From contig NIVC01000376.1 in the NCBI GenBank assembly GCA_002269645.1, positions 248,001 through 312,000 of the forward strand: 64,000 nucleotides of DNA, written 5' to 3'. The position numbers and the translations under genes were made by a program. Positions 12,201-22,301 of this stretch are shown here, piece by piece; the stretch's first letter is position 1, and the number at the start of each line of letters is the position of its first letter. Below the pieces are notes generated by a model, which saw only the letters and a program-made list of their open reading frames with translations, had not been told where the DNA came from and did not search any database. Source of the DNA: Macrostomum lignano (taxonomy: Eukaryota).

Positions 12201-15200
12201 GACCGGCCCATCAACTGAGGATCTGGGAAGCTGGCCCAGCAACTGACACTCTGGGAAGCTGGCCCAGCAACTGAGGATCTGGGAGGCTGGCCCAGCAATT
12301 GAGGATCTGGGAGGCTGGCCCAGCAACTGAGGATCTGGGAAGCTGGTGACCCAGCAACTGAGGATCTGGGAAGCTGGTGACCCAGCAACTGAAGATCTGG
12401 GAAGCTGGTGACCCAGCAACTGAGGATCAGAACAGGCCAGTCTCACCTGGTCCACGCGCTCCATAGCGGAGTCGGACAGATCCGACGGGTCAACATCGGC
12501 CTCGGCGTCGGACGGGCAGGCGGCGTCACCCAGAGCGGACTTGCAGGCCCGCCGGAAGTCGGGATCAACGGCATTGGTGTCGGAGTCAGATGCCTGAATA
12601 ATTAAGAATAAACACAACTGAAAATCGGACTTAAATAAATAAAATATAACACGTCGAATTACCTCGCCAAATGAAATCTCAGACTCCTGGTCGCTATCGC
12701 CATCTTCTTCATCCTCGGCTTCATCCTGCTGGCTTCCAGACTCCTCGCTTTGTGCATCATTGTCGCCTTCGCCATTCGCCTCCGATTCGTCGTCGCCTTC
12801 CAACAGTAGCTGAGTCAGAGAGGCCACTCCCTCCGGCGTAACCAGGGCCGCGACTTGCCTAGCAACCAGGCTAGCAACCGAGCGAAGTAGCCGACTACGC
12901 GACGAGGCTAAGAGGCCGACAAAACTGTCCAGCAGCACGTCTGCCCACTGCGGCTGGCCGCCGACTTTCTCTTTGCCTTCGACGCTTCGTCGACGACATT
13001 CGCTGATATCGTCGATGAGCGCCTGGGCGGAGGCCTCGTCAACTCCGGCTTCATCTTGGCTTGGTGGGTTGCGGCCAGCATCTGAGCTGCTGAAGGAATA
13101 CAATGGAGAGTCATTATGTTTTTTGACCAATCAGAGTGCTTCAGTGCTTAAACTAACTGACCAATCAGAGTGCTTCAGTGCTTAAACTAACTGACCAATC
13201 AGAGTGCTTCAGTGCTTAAACTAACTGACCAATCAGAGTGCTTCAGTGCTTAAACTAACTGACCAATCAGAGTGCTTCAGTGCTTAAACTAACTGACCAA
13301 TCAGAGTGCTTCAGTGCTTAAACTAACTGACCAATCAGAGTGCTTCAGTGCTTAAACTAACTGACCAATCAGAGTGCTTCAGTGCTTAAACTAACTGACC
13401 AATCAGAGTGCTTCAGTGCTTAAACTAACTGACCAATCAGAGTGCTTCAGTGCTTAGCTTAATGAGGCTGTAGCCTAGTGGTCAGAGCGTCGGACTCGCG
13501 ACTGAAAGGTCAGGGGTTTGATTCCCGATCCCACTGGAACAATTTGTGTCTTTAAGCAAGACACTCAACTCTGCATTGCTTCAGTTCACTAAGCTATAAA
13601 ATGGGTGCCAGCATTAGCTGGGTTAATAATTGAGGGTGTGTGTGGCGACCTCCCATTCTTTAACTGACAGCCAATCAGATAATCTGCAGCACAAATAAAT
13701 ATGCCAATCCCATCAATAAACCAGATAAAAAGCTTTACCCTGTAGCCACATCCGCGCCTCCCGGCAGCAGGTGAAATCCCAGATGCAGACAGGCGATAGC
13801 AAAGCACCAGTCGATTCCGCCGCAAGAGCCCGCGGCGCCCTCCGCCTCATCGTCTCCAGCAGCGGAGGCGGAAGTCGCCTGAAGCAGCTCCAGTCCCAGA
13901 CTCAAAGCTCGATGAACTGCTGACTTTTTCGAGCTGATGGTACTCAACCTGTCAATCAGACCCTGCGCCAGGTAGCGCAAGCAGCGCCTGTAGCCTCGCC
14001 TGTAGGCGCCCCCGCCCGACAGCGCCGCAGACGACATCGAGTCGAGGGCGCGACAAAATGCCGAACGAGCGTCCGTAGCAACGGACAACGATACGGCGTT
14101 GTTGCTAGGCAACAGGAACAGGTCGGCTAGGCGTAGAAGAATCCTAGAGCAGGACTTCGATTTGCCAGCAAGCAGAGTCCTGCTGCCAGCCACCAGCTGG
14201 CGAAGGGTCTGCAAGCCGAAGGCGATTCGACGGCGCCGAGAACCGGCCGAGTCTTCCGGCTGCTGCTTGGAGAAATCGATGGAGCCCAACTCAGCCTCGA
14301 TTTGACTGCGGGATGGCGAAGGTGACCTGACTCACTGTCACACACTGCATGCTCACACAGCTGACTGTGATCAGTGACAATTATCACCTGACTCACTGTC
14401 ACACACTGCATGCTCACACAGCTGACTGTGATCAGTGACAATTATCACCTGACTCACTGTCACACACTGCATGCTCACACAGCTGACTGTGATCAGTGAC
14501 AATTATCACCTGACTCACTGTCACACACTGCATGCTCACACAGCTGACTGTTATCAGTGACAATTATCACCTGACTCACTGTCACACTGCATGCTCACAC
14601 AGCTGACTGTGATCAGTGACAATTATCACCTGATTCACTGTCTCACACTGGATGCTCCAACAGTGAAGAGTGACAATTATCACAAGTCCTGACAATCACA
14701 ATATAAAAGTACAAATAATTTTGAAGGCGAGACCCCCTCCCCCGAAAAGAACCACCCCCGGCTAACCTGGCGCAACTGTCCAGCACTTCAACTGGCAGCC
14801 GAGCCATCGTGTCGGCGCGCAACACCCGACACTCAACGGGCAGGCCGTCATCGAACAGACAATCGCAGCCTAGCAACCGCTTAGCAACGGCTATCAGAAC
14901 AGACTCGTCGCTAGCCGAACCGGGCAGAAGCTGCTTACTAAGCAGACGGCAAGCAAACGAATGCAACAAAGACTTCCTGCTTGATGCGTGACTGCGGAGC
15001 TGACGGCAAACCTCATCGCTGGCCAAGCAGTCGGTCAGGCAGTCGGGCTTGGACTCGAATCTCTCGGCCGGACAGTCGGCAATCCAGCTCAGCATGGCCA
15101 GGCCGAGGGCTTTGCGACTGGCCGACGATTCCACGTTAGCAACGGTTGCTATGGCAACTGTGGAAGCGAATTCCGATAGTAGGCTTTGCGATTTGGCTAG

Positions 15201-18200
15201 CAGAGAGTCGAGAAGGCGCTCAATGCCCGGGTGGAGACGGCAGCCGCTCAGCGTCTCGTGGGATTCGTCGGCCGTTGACTGCAGAGGTTAGCAGGATTTG
15301 TACTTAGCCTACTAAGCCTCTAAACAGACTCGCCTGCTTTCCAGCCATCCCCAGAATCCTTATGCAAGTTCTCTCTAAACTAAAAAACCAATTCTCTTCA
15401 TTATCGAAAAAAATTCTCGTAGTTCCCCTACCCTCAGAATAATTCCCCTACCCTCCTAAAAAAATCCCCTATACTCAAATAATCCCTTGACCCTCCAAAA
15501 AATTCCCCTATAGTCAAATAATTTCCTTATCCTCCAAAAACTTCCCCTACTCCCCCTGCGCAAATACCTCAATTCTGATTCATTTTAACCCTCAATTTCT
15601 TAATCCCACTTATTCCGCAATACCCAATTTTTCAACTCGTTATTCAAATTCAAACAAAATGACTTATACAGCATTTACCAAACAGATTCGCTTGAAATGC
15701 TCAAAGTTAGCCTGGCCAATCAGATGCTTAGTTGCGTAATGAGATTTGATGTAGGCCCGGCTAACTGAGTCCTGCAAAATAAGGTTTGAAACAAAAATAA
15801 AAACATAAATTTGAATAATTTTTTTTAAATTGGAAAAATGGATCAATTTTACAATAATTAAACAGACCTTCTGATGCTGATGACAGCAGAGTATCAATAG
15901 CAGCCCGTTGGCATCCAAGGCGTCCCAACCGCTGGTCAGTTTGTCGGATAATTTTTTAAATAGATTCGAACTGAATTCATCTGGCGGAAGCTGCAGATGA
16001 GGGAGAAGGGAAAACCAATTATACTGAGTTAGGAATGTCATTTAAATATGACTTCTGAGGTCGGGGTCAGAGAGGAGAAATTTATGGGATCTGAGAAGAG
16101 ATTTCTTAAATATAGGATCTGAGGGGAACTTTATAAAATATATGCGATCTGAAAGGGGAGATTTCTAAGATATGGGATCTGAAAGGGGAGATTTCTAAGA
16201 TATGGGATCCTAAAGCCAAAGGGGAGATTTCTAAGATATGGGATCTTAAAGCCAAAGAGGAGATTTCTAAGATATGGGATCTTAAAGCCAAAGGGGAGAT
16301 TTCTAAGATATGGGATCCTAAAGGGGAGATTTCTAAGATATGGGATCTGAAAGGGGAGATTTCTAAGATATGGGATCCTAAAGGGGAGATTTCTAAGATA
16401 TGGGATCTTAAAGCCAAAGAGGAGATTTCTAAGATATGGGATCCTAAAGGGGAGATTTCTAAGATATGGGATCTGAAAGGGGAGATTTCTAAGATATGGG
16501 ATCTGAAAGGGGAGATTTCTAAGATATGGGATCCTAAAGGGGAGATTTCTAAGATATGGGATCCTAAAGGGGAGATTTCTAAGATATGGGATCCTAAAGG
16601 GGAGATTTCTAAGATATGGGATCCTAAAGGGGAGATTTCTAAGATATGGGATCTGAAAGGGGAGATTTCTAAGATATGGGATCTGAAAGGGGAGATTTCT
16701 AAGATATGGGATCTGAAAGGTGAAATTTCTAAAATATGGGATCTGAAAGGGGAAATTACTAAAATATGGGATCTGAAAGGTGAAATTTCTAAATCCATAT
16801 ACTAAAAATGGTCTGTCGGTAAATGTGTGTGTGATCGATTTTAGCAAAATATGGAATCTGAAAGGGGAAATTTCTAAAATATGGGATCTGAAAGGGGGAG
16901 ATGTCTAAAATATGGGATCTGAAAGGGGGAGATGTCTAAAATATGGGATCTGAAGGGGGATTCTTAATTTCTTAAATTTGGGACCTGAAAGGGGAGATTA
17001 TGGAATCTGAACGGGGAGATTTCTAAAATATAGGATCCAAGTGTGGTTTAAAATATCTATTATTAACAGGGCTTGACTGAGGGATCGTGACATTTTAAAG
17101 CAATGGAATGTCACAGATATTATATGTATTAGGTTTGCTATCAAAGTCAGCCCTCACACCTGTTCAATAGCGCCAGCCAGAGCGCAGGCTCCAAAGTCCG
17201 CGTAGCCTCGGTCGCTGAGCAGCGGAACAACAGCGTCGAGCATTCGAGTCCGCTGCTCAGGGCGCAGTTTGGCGAAAGCGGCACCGCGGATTGCTGCTAG
17301 AAGCAGAAGACAGACACCGATGCGCTTGGAGGAGGCTTCCTTTAGGAAGTAGTGGAGAGTAGATTCGGATTAGGGATTGGATTAGCAGAGTAGATTAGGA
17401 TTGGGAACTGGATTAGCAGAGTAGATTAGGATTGGGAACTGGATTAGCAGAGTAGATTAGGATTGGGAACTGGATTAGCAGAGTAGATTAGGATTGGGAA
17501 CTGGATTAGCAGAGTAGATAAGGATTGGGAACTGGATTAGCAGAGTAGATTAGGATTAAGGATTGGATTAGCAGAGTAGATGCGGATTAGGGATTGGATT
17601 AGTGCATAAATTAGAGTTAGGAAACATGCTCTCGGAGTTAACTAAAAGACTCGCTTCCAGTAGCATATTATTGAGTGAATTAGCAAAAGGATTAATTAAA
17701 CATAATTAAACAAGAGTGGATTAAGAAGGCTTACCTGTTTAGTATCAACTTTCATATCTAGAAGGCACTTCTCTGCCGTAGCAAATGCAGTTCTTATCTG
17801 ACTTTTAGTAAGTCTTTCCAGCAGCTAAAATGTTAAGAATAAATATACTGTATAAAATTATTGACGAGATTAATAATCTACAGCTTATATGTAAATTTTT
17901 CCTACTTACCAACGTGAGCGCCAAGGAGAAACCAAGCTTTGACTCTGCTTTCTGACCAGCCAAGCCTTTAAAGAGTCTCTCCAGGCAATATGGAAGCATT
18001 TCCTTTGCTTCCACTTCCATGTTTTTGGACTTCTGTTCCTGTATGGTAGAGTTAGATAAAGTTATCTTAAATTTGTCTAACTTTACTTAGGAAAGAAAAA
18101 CCACATTGATAAGGATTTTGACAAAACAAAACATTCATTTTGTAGACATATAACTAATTATAAGTATCATTATTTATGCAGACTGATTAATACACTATTA

Positions 18201-20978
18201 TACCAAGTGAAAAATGGTTTTATTTCTACCAAGGTAATCTAACCTAATTTACTTATGTGCTAATGTATATACTTGAAACAACTATTGCATTTTTATATAA
18301 TCAAGAAATAACTTAATTAAATATATGTAGAAATATTAGTTTAACAATATAAGTTATTTGTATAGAATCAACTATGTCTATTCCTAATGACAATGCAAGT
18401 TATCACTACTAGAAGAAGCTTTTAGAGTTTATATTTATTATCATTAATAATTATTATATAGACTATAGCAAGTTTATAGAGCCAACTGAAACATATAGAC
18501 ATTTTTTCAAATGTCATCTCTATAAATAAAATTCCAATATAAATTAGCCTAGTAGCAGTAAAGTATAGCATAGTAAGGAGGAACAATAAGGTAGAGATAA
18601 GCTGTTAAAACAAGGCAACTTTTTATGAGGGGGGTTCAAAAAGTTTTGTTGTTTGGCTATATCATATAATATTTTCATTAAATTTTTTTGTTTAGAATAG
18701 TACTTTTATATAGAGTGTATATGGCAGATGTTCAACCTTCTATCAGTTTTTGAAGTCATTTTTTTTCAGCAAGAACTCAAGGCATCCCCTGCATTTTCAG
18801 CAAAATGGAGAAACAAAAGTATCGAGCTCTCATGAAATTTTTTACCATAAAAGTATTAAAGCCACCAGCAATCAAAGCAGAGATCAAGTCTGTGTACCCC
18901 ACAACTTGCCCATCTCTACGCACAATTGAGAGACACCATACTGAATTTAAGTGAGGCAGGGTGACCCTCGAAGATGACCCCCAGAGTGGGCACCCTGCTA
19001 CTAGCGCCAACCAAGAGAAAGTTGATGCAGTTGCCAAGCTCCTGGATGAAGATTGGCAAATTTGAGTTGCCAGCATTGCACACACTGTTGGGATCTCAAT
19101 TGGCTCAGTTGAGGAAATCCTGCACCAAATCCTTGGATACAACAAGGTCAGTGCCCGTTGGGTGCCCGAATGCTTTTGCGGGACCACAAGCTGAATCGGG
19201 TGAACTCTAGCCGCTTCATGCTTGACCTGTACAACGCGGACCCAAATGGATTCGAGTGACAAATCATAACAGGGGATGAGTGCTGGCTACACCACTACGA
19301 CCCTGAGTCCAAGCGTGACTCCATGGAGTGGCGGCGCCCAGGAGAAGGTGCACCTCGCAAGTTCAAGCAAGTGAAGTCGGCTGACAAGGTCTTGGGCTAC
19401 TTCTTCTGGGATTGTCAGGGGATGTTGCTTGCTGAGTACCTGCCAGTTGGGCACACTGTGATAGGTGTGTGGTACGCTGAACAGCTAGGCCGACTTTGTC
19501 AAGCAGTTGTCACGAAGAGGCGAGGCAAGTTGAGTGCTCGCCCCTCGCTGCTTCATGACAATGCCCCTGCTCACATAGCCCAAGTTGCAGTAAATGCTGC
19601 CACCACTGCAGGATTCGAAATTCTGCCCCATCCTACCTATTCACCAGACCTGGCCCTATCAGATTTCTACTTGTTTTGCTAGCTGAAGAAGCCACTCCGA
19701 GGGCGCCATTTTGAGTCCAATGAGGAAGTCATCGCCCTTGTGAACCAGTGGCTGAAGGACCAGATGGCAACCTTCTACACCAGCGGCATCCAAGAGCTGC
19801 GTGACCATTGGCAGAAGTATATTAATCACCAAGGAGATTATGTTGAAAAATAATGTAGCCTTGTCCCAAAATTTTTTGTTTGAATGTACAAACAATAAAA
19901 CTTTTTGAACCTCCTTGTAGAGACAAAAATGCAAAATAAAGAAGACTAATATATGTGATTATGTTATGGTAGACATCTAGCAAGAGGCATAGAAAGTAGG
20001 GATTGGAAGGATATACCCCACTTGAACAGCCAAAAAAGTCTGTTTTCTCTTTTGGGGTATCCTACCCCCCAAAAGAAAAGAAAAAAGCAGCAATATGTTG
20101 CAATTGACAATTGCAGTCTGTCAAAGCTACTTAGTGTGTCAATAGGCTAATTGATTTTACCATCATATTTGATGCTTAGAAGCATGAATAAGCTAGCCAT
20201 TTTGATAATTGGTATGTATATTCAACATGTTCAAATCTTATAAAGTTGTATTTCGCATACAAAAAATGGTATAAAAAACAATTTGAAAATAGGTGCAAGT
20301 ATCTTCTAGTTTCTATGACAAAAGATAGAACATTTAAAAGAAAAAGGTAAGTAGTTAAAAAGTACTAAACTAGAAGTGCAAAAAATAAAAAAATTATTAA
20401 ATGTGATACTGACAATGCTAGGCCTATTTTAAAGAATTTAGGTATTAGAACTTGAGGAATTAAGTAATTGCAAGTTTTTGTAAAGGAGTAATAGATAGAA
20501 GCCTAGTACTTATTTTTATAATAATGTACATGTAAATATTAAATTACAATGTAATATTAGAATAAATATCCTTTATTGTTGTAGCAGAAAAGTACCCTAA
20601 AGTAAGGTTGTATAGGCCTAATTTTAAGATTTTGGTATAGATAACAAGCCATATTTCCAATTTTTTGGCATACTTGGCATCCACCTAAAACTTTGACCAA
20701 AACAATTCTGGCATATAGTGATATACTGGATACCTTCCTAACAATATATTGTGTAATTGTAGGCCTTAAGCCTATTCTTTCAAAGTAGGTTAGATGCACT
20801 GTCTATATAGAATAAAATTTCTACTTACCTTTTTGTCTTTAAAAATAGTATCAAATGTTAAAGGTTTATTATCCTTATTCAATGCAGCTAAAGCAAGAAG
20901 CTGAGCAGCTTTTTCACGCTCTTCATTTGATGCAGAACTTAACTGCCAAAAAATATTTGATATAGGGGTAGATGACAT
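9261..20978 (-). CDS. MYBBP1A: Myb-binding protein 1A / Pol5-family nucleolar ribosome-biogenesis protein
   Basis: Frame-consistent exons (minus): 20978-20829, 18038-17910, 17824-17735, 17339-17160, 15990-15868, 15771-15679, 15278-14767, 14305-13739, 13089-12663, 12593-12447, 10999-10565, 9977-9261. Family motifs: IFWQLSSASNEEREKAA, YCLERLFKGLAG...GFSLAL, WADVLLDSFVGLLASSRSRLLRSVA, LSDSAMERVDQ, KLRLLDLAE, acidic tract, basic C-terminal tail. A small exon near 15330-15370 cannot be excluded. Confidence 0.88.
10135..10405. repeat. 30-bp intronic minisatellite (AAACCTAAATCCAAGCCCTAACCTAAACTC)
   Basis: About 9 tandem copies in the last MYBBP1A intron. Confidence 0.93.
11054..12428. repeat. 28-bp minisatellite (CCCAGCAACTGAGGATCTGGGAGGCTGG)
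   Basis: Fills MYBBP1A intron 11000-12446; same unit as 33765-34245. Confidence 0.97.
13125..13456. repeat. 34-bp near-perfect minisatellite, about 10 copies
   Basis: Unit TGACCAATCAGAGTGCTTCAGTGCTTAAACTAAC. Confidence 0.97.
13464..13660 (+). mobile_element. tRNA-derived SINE with CORE-like central domain
   Basis: A-box TAGCCTAGTGG and B-box GGTTTGATTCCC, but no acceptor stem. Followed by GCAAGACACTCAACTCTGCATTGCTTCAGTTCACTAAGCTATAAAATGGG, which resembles the MIR/CORE consensus as recalled. 3' end and TSD not defined. Confidence 0.75.
14326..14690. repeat. 61-bp minisatellite, about 6 copies
   Basis: Unit starts at 14326 and 14387, giving period 61. Confidence 0.95.
16085..17035. repeat. 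30-bp minisatellite (ATATGGGATCTGAAAGGGGAGATTTCTAAG)
   Basis: Tandem units; explains the 10-aa periodic ORFs at 16106-16847. Confidence 0.96.
17375..17620. repeat. 31-bp minisatellite (GGATTAGCAGAGTAGATTAGGATTGGGAACT)
   Basis: Tandem units in a MYBBP1A intron. Confidence 0.92.
18626..19917 (+). mobile_element. Full-length (1292 bp) degenerate mariner transposon in MYBBP1A intron 1
   Basis: TA flanks at 18624-25 and 19918-19. TIRs of ~30 bp: TGAGGGGGGTTCAAAAAGTTTTGTTGTTTG on the left, and its near reverse complement on the right. Internal transposase remnant. Confidence 0.95.
18805..19853 (+). pseudogene. Mariner DD34D transposase pseudogene
   Basis: ATG at 18805. Motifs WVP, ITGDECWLHHYDPE, LHDNAPAH, HPTYSPDLALSDF, GDYVEK*. 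In-frame stops at 18952, 19063, 19257 and 19680, plus a 1-nt deletion just after WVP (~19168). Confidence 0.93.
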
Positions 20979-22301
20979 ATCACTAAGAAGGAGCACAGGA
21001 GAAGACCAATACAAAAATGTAATTGTAAAATATAGGCCTATTTATAATATAATTAGACTCAGACACAGTTAGGTTATGCAGAATGCAGATTTTGTGCACT
21101 AATATAATAAAATATACCTAAATTAAAATCACAAATTCACTATTCAGAGTGTTATTGAAGAAAATTAAACTTGATTCTCCTATCCTAGTATTAACTATTT
21201 TCAGTTTTAGTATTAACTATTGAGTAATTCGTGTATTTAGGAGTATTTATACAAAAGCATTAAATATTTATTAGGTCTAACTAACGTCTGAGTAGATTTA
21301 AAAACTCAAAAGCAAAACTACGGTCTGGAGCCGGAGGTGCACGTGCACATGCACTGATAGATTATGATTATTAGAACTTCTTTACTTATAGCGAGTTTTC
21401 AGGCAAGGCTTTAGATTGGTTGGGACAAAAGTTGACTACTTGGTCTTATAGTCTCTGTCTCTGAGCTCGATGATTTATTACTATCTTACTAAATCAATTT
21501 CAAATTACTGAATGGTTTCAAAGAAATAATGCATGGTAATAAGTTTTGAATTCAGTAAATAAACGAAGTAGTAAATCAAAACTAAAACAAACATTTTATA
21601 GGACGTACTTTTTTACGAAAATTAGTAGCAAACAGTCTTTTATAACCGCCCATACAAACTTCGCTGGTTCAGTGGTTTATTACTATAAGAAATTCAACTT
21701 AAAGAATTATAGGAAACTTGAGTTTCAGCGCATGCCAATCCAACCAATCTGCATGACCGCATCAAGTTTGATAATTAGAAAATTCGAAACTGATATGGTA
21801 GCGTAAATTGGAAGTAACGAATTGTAGTAACTTCAATACAATTTCTGGATATTTATATATAGGTTCGGCTGACAATCGCTGTTTTGAATTTATTTGTCAC
21901 GAAAGACATGGTCATGTGTTTGATATTTTGAATTTATTAGGCCTATAAACTTAGACTGGCGCAGCGTTAACTATTGTTAGGCCCCCCTACACGGTAACAT
22001 TATTTCTTTGCTCTAAAAATGGTAAACTTGATACAGTTAATCGTAGGCCTATAGTTCTAGTTTTTACCCAAAAAGCTGGTGCCATCTTAAATCTTATTAG
22101 GGGGCCTAGGCCTGGCGCCTGTTCATGGGCTAAGTCTAAATAAGATGACTTAGGCCCAGCCTTGTTTGAAAAGACATCAAATAATATGTTAATTGAAGCA
22201 AATCGCATTTTCTTAAGCTTACAGTTTCTTATGCTATTTCTATTTCTACAATACCATTATTATTAATATTTTTGCTAATATTAGGCCCCTATCTTATCTG
22301 G
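20979..22301. promoter_or_regulatory. Divergent (bidirectional) promoter region of MYBBP1A and LRCH
   Basis: Head-to-head ATGs 1.3 kb apart; CpG-retaining core; palindrome GTGCACGTGCAC (E-box) at 21337-21348. Confidence 0.7.

Noticed and set aside
11084-12388. Multiple 86-348-aa ORFs (LLGQPPRSSVAG repeats)
   Set aside because: Artefacts of the 28-bp minisatellite.
13464-13535. tRNA gene
   Set aside because: A and B boxes are present but the acceptor stem does not pair, and the sequence continues into a SINE body.
14306-14327. MYBBP1A acceptor at the edge of the 61-bp repeat (AG 14328-27)
   Set aside because: In frame but lacks a pyrimidine tract; the AG at 14307-06 is also in frame and much stronger.
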